A stretch of DNA of 50,167 nucleotides from Ministeria vibrans ATCC 50519 (Eukaryota; Protista; Filasterea): the NCBI GenBank assembly GCA_943704425.1, contig CALSCP010001244.1:7951-58117 (forward strand), written 5' to 3'. This document shows, piece by piece, positions 24,628 through 41,110 of this stretch. Numbering within the stretch: position 1 is the stretch's first letter; each line of letters starts with the position of its first letter. Both the position numbers and the translations under genes were made by a program. The notes beneath the pieces are model-generated. The model ran no database searches, was not told the origin of the DNA, and saw nothing but the letters and a program-made list of their open reading frames with translations.

Positions 24628-24790
24628 GAACCAAGAAAAAAAAGTTTTGTTTCCCCGAGAGGAATTCAGCGACGGGTCTTGGTGCGTGTAATATATTGCG
24701 ACAGGTCGCAGGTTGAACTTTTGACAAATATTAAAGAATTATTATGAAACTAAAAAGTAAAAACTTTAGATTTAAAATAAGTGTAATTTA

Positions 24791-26120
24791 TCAAAGGTCT
24801 GAGTGAGGAGGTGCATCAGCCGATGAGATACTTGAGGTAGCACGCAGAGGCACGCTGTATGGACCAGTAGAGACGTGAGAGGTCTTTGGTGAGCGCATCG
24901 CCGAGTGACTTCGATGGAACTGAGGATCGTGACGTGAGTGTAACGACGAGAGAGCCACTGAGGCAGCTCGCACTTGTTCTTCGTCTGGAAGGGGCAGTGG
25001 AGCACCGTACGACTGCTGCTGATGGTGATGATGCTGCTGCTGCTGCTGCTGCTGCTGATGTTGTTGTTGTTGCACGGGTGACGTCGTCGAGCCGACATTG
25101 GGTGAGGCCATGGCAGTCAAGTGTGGTTGTTGTGATAGGTGTTGTTGATCTGGCTGCTGCTGCTGCTGCTGTTGTTGTTGTTGTCCAGTGTATGTGCCAA
25201 CATTCCCGACGATAGGCTGGTGAGGCCAGGAATAGACGGGCGCGTACGTGTGTGTTGCAGGGTCGCTATGTCGATGTGCCGGCATAGTCTGCAGTGTCTG
25301 CATGTGGGGCGACACTTTGGCCTGGAACGGATGGCGGTATTGGGGTTCGGGGGTTTGCTGTGGCAGTTGTTGCTGCCCCTGCGCTTGTGATGGTTGTTGT
25401 TGTTGTTGATGGACAAAAGGTGCAAAGGGAGCCGTGTTAAAAGGAACGGCGGGAGAGCCGGCGCGAGGGAACGAGAGAGAGTTGGTGGTAGTGGGACCGG
25501 AAGCGCCATTGGCATCAAAGGCGCAGGAGAGCTGCTCGGGGGCAGATACGCGGCGGGAAGGCTGCTGTTGCTGCTGCTGCTGCTGTTGTTGTTGATGTTG
25601 TAAATCAACGTAATGGGGCTGGGGAGTAGATACTGAAGAGTGTTGAGAGGAGGAGTGGAAAAGGGACTGGTCAGAGTGAAAATGATGCATGCGTCGCAAG
25701 TTGTCGTCGGGGATACTGAGCATGGGTATCGAGTATGAATGCTGTGGTGGTTGTTGGTGCGGTTGCTGCTGCTGCTGCTGCTGCTGCATTTGCATTTGCA
25801 TTTGCATTTGCATTTGCTGATGGGCCAGGAACTCGTGCTGCTGAGATTGTGAAGATGGTTGTGCTTGTGGCTGTTGCTCTTGCGATTGAGATTGGTACTG
25901 CGGTTGATACAGCAGCTGTTGTTGTTGCAGGTAGGGCTGATGTTGTGGTTGATGTTGTTGCGCAACCTGGTGATACTGCGATGGTTGATATTGTTGAGGC
26001 TGCTGCGAGAACTGCGACAGCTTGTACTGGAATTGATGTGGCTGCTGCTGCTGCTGCTGCTGTTGTTGTTGTTGTTGTTGCTGCTGGAGCATACGTTGCT
26101 GTTTTTGTTGATGTTGTTGC

Positions 26121-26183
<63 letters not shown>

Positions 26184-26503
26184 AAGTGTTGTTGGTCGTC
26201 CGATCCCCGTCCTTGCTCGCGTCGTGCCATTATATTTCGTTTGGTTTCGGGAGCAATAGGTCGCGTCGGTTGTTCCAGAAATGCCTGTAACAAAAAGTGA
26301 ATCAAGAGAAAAAAAACCCCCCAAGTGTGAGAAACTTGCACCATGTCGAAAGTATTTTAAGAGTGAATGGGGTACCTTTGCAAAAGGATTGAATTTGACC
26401 TTCATATCCTTGATGGCCTCGTTCTGGTAGGCAGTGACGGCAATGAACTTTGCGATGGGGAACTCCATTGAGCAAGTGGGCTGCACAATAAAGAGAAGAG
26501 AGA

Positions 26504-26548
<45 letters not shown>

Positions 26549-27164
26549 GAGAACAAAGTGATAGAGGGAGAAAAAACAAAGTGATAGAGGGAGAAAGAAC
26601 AAAGTGATAGAGGGAGAAAGAACAAAGTGATAGAGAGAGAAAGAACAAAGTGATAGAGAGAGAGAAAGAACAAAGTGATAGAGAGAAGGGTAAGTAGTGA
26701 TGTGATTCAATTTCTGTATACCGTGTGTGACAGCGACCCATCTCCATTAACCCGGTGCACGTGAACTCGTGGCTGGTAACGATGCAGCGAGTGCACAACA
26801 ATCCGACTCTCATCGCCCGGTCGATTCGTCAGTTTCAACTATAAAAATTAACAGTAGCTTGAATGCCAACTGCCATTGTTGTTTTTTTTTTGTTGAAAGT
26901 ACCTTTGGGAAGGAGATGATTTTGGACGTCCAGTGAACGCCGTAGTTTGGTGATTCGGGGTGGCAGTAGGAAGATGTGGTTGAGCGTGACTCGCACACGC
27001 CGCCTGTGATCCACTGTCCACCGCTGTACTTCCATCGCGCATTGTCCAGACACACAAAGTCGAGAAGGACCGTGTACAATGCTACGCAACATAAATTAAT
27101 CGACGTATGTCAGTAAAATTAATTCATTGACTCTTAATTCTCTCTCTCTCTCTATCACTTTGTT

Positions 27165-27253
<89 letters not shown>

Positions 27254-28596
27254 CTCTCTCTCTCAAACTCTCAAACTCTCTCTCTCTCTCAAACTCTCAA
27301 ACTCTCTCTCTCTTTCTCTCTCTCTTTCTCTTTATCGTTTTCGTGTCGAACATACCGTTCGGGTCTAAGCCGGTGATTTGCGTCTTCATGACGGGAAACA
27401 TGCAGCGACCGGAGCGTGTAATGATCATTTCGTTAGTGAGATCGTCAAACTGGCTCCACAGATGCTCTTCGGTGAGTTGTACGGCAGGTCGCGAGTCGTC
27501 TGATTGTGGGGAAGACGCACTGGCGACACGTTCTTGTTCTTCTTGCGGAGGTGATAGGACGACAAGAGGAGAGGAGCCGCGCGGCTGAGGCGGAACCGAT
27601 ACGGCAGTGGTCGCAGCGGCGGTGGCGCTACAAGCGGAAGGGGTTGGGGGCGGGAGGGCGCGCGTTGATGAGGACGCCAAGGAGGTGGATGGGTCAAGGC
27701 CCCCAATCAATGGAGACGACTTCGTCGAGGCTGCAATGACGGGAGCGATGTCACCACTTGAGGTAGTATCGGTAGTGGTGGTGGTGGTGGTGGTGGTGAT
27801 GGTACTGGGCGCGAAAGGAGGGATGCCAGTGTGCTGATGCGGTATGGGGGTGGCCAGAGTCACAGTGCCACTGTCGAGCTCGTCCGTTGCACCACTGCTG
27901 TCGAGCGACTTTTCGTCTGCTGCCTCCTCTGATGGGACATCAATGGCGGTGCGGAGATTAGCATCGGCTTCGACCGAGTCTGCACGACTGCGTATGCTGG
28001 TCGTAGAGTCGTTGCGCTCGAACGAACGTGGCGACGGAGATTGACGAGGCGATGTGGATTTGCGTCGAATGTTGGTTGGTGACGCTCGTCGATGGAGAGT
28101 GGGCGATGGTCGTCGAGGAGCAGTGGGCGACAGGCTCTCGTATGGGGAATGTTGTTGGTGTAATGCAGGTTGCTCTTGTTGTTGTTGTTGCCGTTGTTGT
28201 TGGAGATGCAACTGTTGGAAGAGCTGAAGCGACTGGAGAGCATGTTGGTGGAGACCCGAGCCAGCTGAGGAAGGATTTCCATCAAAGAGTGAGCTGCGCG
28301 AGGCAATCGAGCTTCGAGAGAGGATCGATGAACGCGATGAGACTACGGAGCCGCGCGACGAGGCGAGCGAGGCTCGCCCTGACACAATGGATGTTCGCAT
28401 AGAATCGTAAGCCGAGTCGTCAGATGGACGAGGATGAAGTGAGGACTGGAAAGGGAAAAAAAAGAGAGCGTAGCAAGTAAATAATTACTCTGTGACGACA
28501 AGAGGAAAAGGTGGTATTTTCGCTTACCGAATCAACGCCATACTTCTCAAAGGGGCTCACGTACACGGGTTCGGAGGAATTCTTTGAGTCGGTCGC
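24791..28596 (-). CDS. TBXT: T-box transcription factor, Brachyury class, with a poly-Q C-terminal region (true start probably further upstream)
   Basis: Spliced T-box: [31 protein letters not shown]|[43 protein letters not shown]|[17 protein letters not shown]|[29 protein letters not shown]|AFLE; LTNEM, GLDPNA, RWKY, SPNYG and FAKAFL are Brachyury-like. Confidence 0.88.
26550..26685. repeat. tandem array of the ACAAAGTGATAGAG unit (6 copies, about 23-bp period) in a T-box intron
   Basis: Direct reading. Confidence 0.9.
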
Positions 28597-30141
28597 CTGT
28601 TCGTTCGAAAAGAGAAGATAATATGTCAGTGTGAGAGTGAGTGGGAACGTGTGAGTGTGTAGTGGTCCACTGGGCACGTGGGATGAAGAGGGTCGCATAA
28701 GGCAGTGCATATAAGGCAATGATCGATCCAACGACGACACTGCGCGAGGGTGAAAATGCCACGGGAAAAACGATGGTGGTGACGGAAGCAAAGAGAGAAA
28801 AAAAAAAGCGGAAGCTCAAAGAACAAATAGAGGGAAACAAAGGTATGGTGCCAGTGGGATGGAAATACGACAGCCAGTAAGGGAGGCGATTGCGTTTAAT
28901 CGCATCGGTATTAGGTACTAGTTGAAGGAGAAAAAGATCAAGATAAAACCGGAGATAACAAATTACAGAAATGAAGGGCGATAAAGCGTCAAGAGGGTGT
29001 GAGGAGACGGGCAAAGGTGGGGTGTTCAAGACACAGCAACGAGACGTGTGATTGGCAAGGCCAACGTGCTCATTTCAACAGCTCACACTCACGGTCCTTT
29101 CACCACAAGTGCGTTCGCTTATAAAAAACAATATATATAGAAGCAAAAAGGAGAGCGAGCGCGATGGGAGCTGGATTGTGCTAAAGAAGGGCGGTAAGGC
29201 GGATGCGTGTCGCTGAAAGCGAAGGGTAGGAGGCGCGGCGTTATCAAATGGGCGACATGTACTTCACAACAAAGCGTGAAATGTCAATTGAGTCGCAGTT
29301 CTCACGTTTATCGGAAAAGTTGCAAACGACCCCATTACGGGCGAGGTTCTTACCGTATTCGGGGGCACGTTACACGAAAGGTCTAAAGCGGATAGAGATA
29401 ACAGGTTAGTGGGGATGGCGAGGAGAGAGACGCAAGGCAGAGGGCACGGCGCTCGTTTTGGCAGGGCTTGACGGAGCCAGCCCCCCCCCTTTGAGGGACG
29501 CCTCGGAAAGTCGCCAGACATCCGCACGGATGTGCCTTTGAGCAGCATTAAGTCATGGAGAGCGCGAGTGAGGTGCGGCGCGACGCAGCGTGCACTTTAG
29601 GTCTTTGAGAACGCGCTGGTTACTCAGGTGTCGCAAACGACGACGCCCAGAGCCCACACTGCCACTGCGCCTCCATCGCCATTTCTTACCTGTTTGATTG
29701 TCCCCACTAGGGTCAGACATTGCGGTCGTTTGCGTTCAGTCTCCTTTTTTTTATGTCTCTTTTTTTTCTCTCGCGAAGACAACGAGCGAGGGGTCGTAGC
29801 GTCAAAGGGAGAGAATGAGTTGGAAGAAGAAGTGTAGTGCAGAAGTGAGGGGCGTGAGAATTGAAAAATAAATGAGTAGTTTACTCAGTAGTATCTTTTT
29901 TGACAGAAGTGAGAAGAGCAAAGTTTAGTCTCCAACGATAGATTATCAGTGAAAAAGCCCGATGTGGACATAGAAGGCCGAAAACCCACGTCACGCTCCA
30001 ATGGTCCACGCTGTGGCTAGAACTCGATACGCGGGAGTTTGTCACATTCCGCACCGTCGAAGACAGTCTCGGAACGACACACACAGGTGCGAGTTCACAC
30101 AGTTGTGTTTTATTATTATTTTTTTTTGTTTTCCTTTGATT

Positions 30142-32846
30142 TCACTTGCATACAGCGGGAGTACCGCCTACATGGCCGCGAGGCTCGGCCATGGAAGCAA
30201 TATATTCCCATGAGTTGGTGATGGGCGAGAACCGCTCGGCGGACGCCATGTAGCATCCGGCATTGAGAGGACCGGTCGATTTGCCACCGCACACAAAAAT
30301 GTGTTCATCCAGCACCGCCACGGCCATGAGCGAACGCGGTGTCATCATGGGTGAGAGCATGGACCATGTGTTTGAGGCGGGGTCATAACACTCGAGCACA
30401 TCAAGGTCCGTCTCGCCGTCCCACCCGCCCACGACGTAGATGCGGTTGTGCAAGACGACGGCACCGCAAGTGTCGCGCGGCACGCTCATGGGCGCCACCG
30501 CCTCCCAGCGGCCCGTTGCAACCACATACCGCTCGACCGTGCTCAACAGTGCATGACCATTCCAGCCGCCAATCGCATAGATGCAGTCGTGCAGCGTGAC
30601 GGCCGCACAGCCCGTCCGTGTCGACAGCATCGGTTCGATCGCCTCCCACTTACCGCGATGGGGCAAGTAGCGTTCCACCGTCTCCAAGTCGTGTATTCCG
30701 TCTTCACCGCCCACAACGTAGATAAAGCCATTGTGTGTGGTCACGCCAGCACGCTGTCGCGCGGTCCCCAGCGGCATCACTTGCTCCCAGCTGGCCACAG
30801 AGGACGAAGAGGGACGCGTCGAGAGGGCACCGCTGGCATGGACATCGTCGTGGTCATGGACATCGTCTTCGTCGGCGCTGCTGCTGCTGTTGAGCTCGTC
30901 GTCACCCTCACGAAGTCGAAGGTCGTTGTTGTCGCGGTGACGTTGAATGTACTGTAGGCGGTGAATGTCCCGATCGGGAGTTGCCGCACGCCGACGCTCT
31001 ACACTTGCACTCTTGCTCTCTCGGCCACTGCCACTCTCAAGGGGGTGCAACGAGAGGCGCTCGACCGAGACAAGTGTCGCAGCATGGTCGTCGCGGCCGC
31101 CAATGACGTAGACATGATCACCAAGCAGCACGGCAGAGCACTCGCTGCGCACCGACCGCAGTGGTAGCAGCTGGTCCCATTCGCCCGTGCTGGGCGTGTA
31201 GCGATCGACCGACGACGACGTCTGATAGCCGTCGCTGCCTCCAATGACAAGCATACAGTCGGCATTGGCCTGGCGTCGGCGTGTCCGCTCGCTCTGAAGA
31301 TCGAGCGCCACGCGATCGCCCAGAGCGTGGAAGCGGTACGCTTCGAGAATGAGCTCGCGATGGTCGCGCATCAGCGGACATCGTTCCACCGTCTGTTGCA
31401 AGTAGTGGGGCGACAGCAACGGAAAGCGCACACGAGGCAGCAGCACAGACGTGGCCCATTTGTGACGCGGATACTCCTCATTGAGCGACAGACCACCATG
31501 TGTGGCATTGCGCCCTTTGGTGGGAACAAGGCTGTTCGTGGCAACCGCTGTGGCAGCCAACGCACCACCACCGCTCGTCGTCGTTGTCATTGTCATCATG
31601 GTGGTGGTGGTGGTGGCGGTGGCAGTGGCAGTGGCCCCCTTGACCTCGACCGATGATTCGCTGGCAACCGACCAATCGCTTGAAATGGGCTCGCGAGCCC
31701 ATCGAAGAACGGCCTCAAAGACGTCGCGCTCAGTCCGGGCGCGAAGCAGGTCAGAACCAATCAGCTCAGCGAGTCGATCGGGTTCGAGGTCTAAAAAAAA
31801 TCGATGAAAAGAAAATAACAAAAGAAAAGAATAAAATAATTTTATAATCGAGAATAGAGATAAACAACAGAGCAGCACAAATGATTGTTAAGAGAAGAAT
31901 AATAAAAAAGTGTAATAAAAATAATTGTTATACCATTAAACTATTAATATTATTAATAATAATAATAATTATTATTATTGATGTGACGACTGGGCTACCT
32001 TGAAAAGCGGATGTGAAGGCCAGCGTAGGAAATTCGCGAAGAGCCACGCTCAGGCATTCGTCGCAAAGCCGTGTCATAGAGGTTGCCTCGGCTATGCGCC
32101 ACACAACGAGACAGCTGTCGACGTCGAGACGATGAAGCAAATACTCGCCACAGAGCTCGCGCAGTGCATCCAGCGAAAAGAGGTCGGCAGCCGCAAGGAC
32201 CGACGTGACCGTCGAGTCGTCAAAGGTGCAGGCGCCCGTGTAGGCAAAGGAGAGGACCTGCTGGAAGGCGGATGGGTCGACCCCCTCGAGCGGCACTGCG
32301 TCTCGCTGTGCGTCAGCGTACGGACCCGTAAACAGAATGGAGAAGTACTCGCCGGCCGCGGCCAAGACAGCGCGATGGCACGGGAACTCGACGCCTCCAA
32401 CCACAAGCGTCACGTCGCACAGCTGGCCACACTCGCGCATTCGCCACAGTCGCGTATTCCGCATGACAAGTTCATTCTGAGAAGGAGAGAAGGAGAGAAC
32501 GGGAGAGAGAGAGAGAGAGAAAGAGAGAGAAACAAACAAAGTGATAGAGAGAGAGAGAAACAAAGTGATAGAGAGAGAGAGAGAGACAGAGAGAGAGGAG
32601 GGAGGAGGGAGGAGGGAGAGAGAGAGAGAGAAACAAACAAAGAGAAACAAACAAAGTGATAGAGAGAGAGAGAGAGAAACAAAGTGATAGGGGGAGAGAA
32701 AGAGAGAACGAAAGACTCCGATGTTAGCATCTAATGGGTATGCGTCGACAGGCGGGCACAAGGAGCGCCAAAGGCAAGGGGCGTGTGCGTACGGGCGAGA
32801 CGGGCGGTTGAGGGAGATTCGGCGCACAATTGGGTCGTGACGACAT
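30142..32846 (-). CDS. BTB-BACK-Kelch (KLHL-type) Cul3 adaptor
   Basis: BTB LCDVTLVVGGVEFPCHRAVLAAAGEYF; BACK ERDVFEAVLRW..VRFPLL; kelch repeats (YVIGG, YVVGG, YAIGG ... VERY...W); start at 32846 inferred from an in-phase splice. Confidence 0.9.
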
Positions 32847-33019
32847 CTCGCCTGTCCAGGAGAATCCACCTCAGCGGGAGTGCTTGCACAGCAGTTTCAC
32901 AACGTGAATATCGAGAGTTACTCAAGCAGCACCAACGCAAATTCAAAATAAATCTGAAATTCTGATTTTCCCTATTAGTACTATTCACGTACTATTATAT
33001 TATTATTCATGCGCATGTC

Positions 33020-35067
33020 ATGATCCGAGCTGTAGCCTCGACGCTGTGCATCATAACGATGGTCGTATTTGTGGCCGCTCGATGGCCTTACTTTCATGAC
33101 TACGTTCGACAAGACGTCCGCCCTTCCCCCCCGCCCCCGCTGCCCCCCTCCCTTCGGGCGGACGACGACAGCGAAGTGTTTCTGTTTGCACAGGTCTCCG
33201 ATCTCCACTTTAGTGCGTTCAGAGAGCACGAGCGGGTCGCTGACTTTGCTCAGTTCGTCAACAAGTCCCTTCCACTGTTTGGCCCCGAACTTGTCATTTG
33301 CACAGGCGACTTGACCGATGCAAAGGACGCGCTGCTTGTCGACTCACTGCAACACAACGAAGAGTGGAGTGACTATGCCAGGGTGATTGCGGGCGCCCGT
33401 GAGCACTCCTGGCCACGCTGGTACGCGCCCGGTGCGCCTGCTCCCATGCCTCTGCTCATCGACCTGCGTGGCAACCACGATGCCTTTGACGTGCCTGAGG
33501 CAACCGACAGCCATTATCAGCGGCACGCTGCCCAGGGCCCCACCTCGTTTCCCATGGCTTTGACTGTTCGTCCTCACAAGTGTGTCCAAGACGCATACCG
33601 CTTTCTTTTTCTCGATGCCGCACCAAGTCAGTCCGTCACAACCCCATACAACAATAGGAAAAATCGTTTATCTCTTCATTTTATCACCTTGTAGACCCTG
33701 GCGCAAGACGTCCTTTGAACTTTTTTGGAGTGCTCACCAACGAGGAGCTGCAGCGTGCCACCGATCTGGTGCTCCGCTCGACAGACAGCCGCGCGGAAAG
33801 CGTCACGCAAACCATTGGCGTAGCACACTATCCTTTGAACGCCATCTGGTCGCCGGGCGGTCGACTCTCTGACTTGGCACCCCACCTAAGTGTATTTCTC
33901 AGTGGTCATTTACACTCCCTGCTGGACTATGCACCAGTTCTGCACGCGCGCCATCCTTATGGAGGTCCCTTTGAAGCCGAGCTCGCCGACTGGCAGCACG
34001 GTCGGCGATTTCGTCTCGCTGCCTTCGACCATGGTCTCTTTTCCTTCATTGATGTGGACGCGTCAACGCTTGTCGATCGTACTCGTGGTCCCTTGGTGTT
34101 GATCACCCATCCAAAGGACGCACGCCTGCTGAATCCCGCACACGAGCCGGTACATCTCTTGTCGCGTCTCTCGCACATACGAATGTTTGTGTTCCCCTCA
34201 TCGGTCGACGCCACCGTCGTGTCCGTATCGCTTTCCATTGACGGCGTTGCATTTCCCCCCAATGCACTGCACCCAGTTCGCCCCGGCGCGCTCTTTTACA
34301 CTTGTCCTTGGCCCGACATGTCGTCGCTGTCGCCCTCGGCCTCGCACGACATCACCGTCGAGGCGCGCGATTCGCTAGGGCGCGTCACAACCAGGCAACA
34401 CACGTTTGTCCTTGATGGTCGTCCCCGTCCCATCGCCTGGCTTGCCGATCTTGTTCTTCTCACACATTTTGGATGGTTGCTTCGATTCATCTTTGCCGCA
34501 CTAGTATTTGTCGCAATACTTCTACTCACCCTTCCCCTTCGAATGGATCTTCCTCCCATCCGTTCCACCGTCACCTGGTGGCGTTGTCTGTGCTCGCCGC
34601 GCTGTCTGCTTTCCTTTTTTGTGCCGCTCTGCCGTCGACGTGACCTCCAGCGTCCCTTGCTCGTCTACGTGCTCTACATGGTCATTGGCCCGACATTTGC
34701 TGGCGAACTGGTGCGTGGTCAGACGGCGCTTGTGTTCGCTCACGGCATGTTATTCCTCAACCTGGGTGACACGAATGCGTGGTCGTTTGTGCCGCTGACC
34801 GACTGCTATTTCTACGCCAGTCGTCAGCTTGTTCTCGTCTTCTTCCCGATGCTCTTTGCTCTGGGTGCTCTGGCTCGACGTCGCACGGACAGCCCCTCCT
34901 CTTGCCTGAGCATCCAAGCACGTCTCGCCCTCGGTGCCTTCTTACTGCACGAAGCCTATGCCTGCTACTACGTCAGCCGCTGGTACGGCGCCATGGCGGC
35001 CCTGGCGAGCCCTGGCAAATCTTGGTTTCTCATTATGGTGTGCGTCCTCTTGTATCGATCCGTATAA
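33020..35067 (+). CDS. TMEM62: TMEM62-like calcineurin-like metallophosphoesterase membrane protein, 2 exons
   Basis: QVSDLHFS, TGDLTDAK, DLRGNHD, PGARRPLNFFG, FLSGHLH, ELADW...FRLAAFDHGLFSF and LITHPKD; C-terminal TM helices; intron at about 33627-33694. Confidence 0.9.
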
Positions 35068-35261
35068 CAGAGAAGAAATAAATAGTGTACACTACTTGGT
35101 AGATGGATGGCTAGAGAGACAGAAACAAACAGAGAGACAGAAACAAATAGAGAGAGGAACAAAGTAATAGAGAAGAAAGGAAACAAAGTGGTAAAGAAGA
35201 GAGTGTGTGACAGAAGAAAAACAATGTGATCGAGAGCGCCAGAAAGTGCGCGTCTCTCTTC

Positions 35262-39765
<4,504 letters not shown>

Positions 39766-39897
39766 GTCACAAATCACCAAAAGCCCAAAGGGAATTATTT
39801 TTATAATTTATTAACTTCAAAATCAAATAAACATCGATTTTCATTTAAATCATTGTATTCTTTCCTATCAACACCCTACCAACCTTTTCTCTTAAAA

Positions 39898-41028
39898 ATG
39901 CGGAGCAGCCGACCGAATGTTCGACCTGGATCTGCAGGTGGATCAAAGATCCCAAACAAACCCATGGCCAGTCTGGCTGCCTCCCTCTTTTCAAAGTGGT
40001 CGTCCGACGCAGTCAACAATGAAAAATTCTTCGTATGCAAGCTAGCAGGAGCATAACCACGATTACGTCATAAAGCATAACACGAGTATGCATTGCTTTA
40101 CGTAATTACGTTGCACCTTTCTATTGAATCTAGGAGCGAGATAAATCAAATCGTAAAGTTGTTGCTTTTGTTGACGACTCCTTCCCGAAAGACAAGCTCT
40201 TCCCTCCCGCCACATGCAGCTGGGTGCGTATTGGTGCACTCACAAGCGCTTCTGAGACCGACGATCATCTCTCAATGCCCACTGTCGTCGACACATCAAT
40301 TTACGCCAACGCCAAGGAGCCGTTGCTAAGCGACGCCACCAAAGACCCCGCCAACACCAACAATGTTGATATCGTTCACCAACTCCTCTCTGCCAACCTC
40401 ACCGTCTCTACCCAGAGCCCTTTCTTCTCGCAGTTCATCTCCACCATCGCTCTCTTTTTAAAAGACGCCTCCGAGCTCATCCCTGCCAACAGACACTTGT
40501 GGGACCTTGTGCGTCAACAAAAAAGACGAATAATTATTATAATACTATACTAATTATGTACGTCATATTCATGTAGATTTGGCCAAAGGTTCGCGACGAA
40601 GAGCCCATGCTAAACCCGTCGGGAAAGTACGTCGTGCGTCTCTTCTTCATGGGTACGTGGAGACGCGTTGTCGTCGACGACCAAGTGCCTGTACATGTCG
40701 ACACAAACAGCTCATCGGCCGCGCCCATGGCCAACACACCGTCAAAGTTTCTTCTCCCTTGTGCTGCCGTACCGCATGAAATATGGGTCACTATCCTTGC
40801 TAAAGCGGTTCTCAAGGTAGGCTTAAAATTATAATAGTAAATAGAGGAGAAGAAGAGGAATACAACGTCTTGTTTATATACATTAATCATAGTAATAAGT
40901 ACCACTATAATGATAATAGTGATAATAATAATAATAATAATAATAATATAATTATAATAATAATAAAAATAATAATAATAATAAAAATAATAATAATAAT
41001 AATAAAATTAATAATAATAATTATTATT

Positions 41029-41061
<33 letters not shown>

Positions 41062-41079
41062 TACAATAATTTATAATAA

Positions 41080-41110
<31 letters not shown>

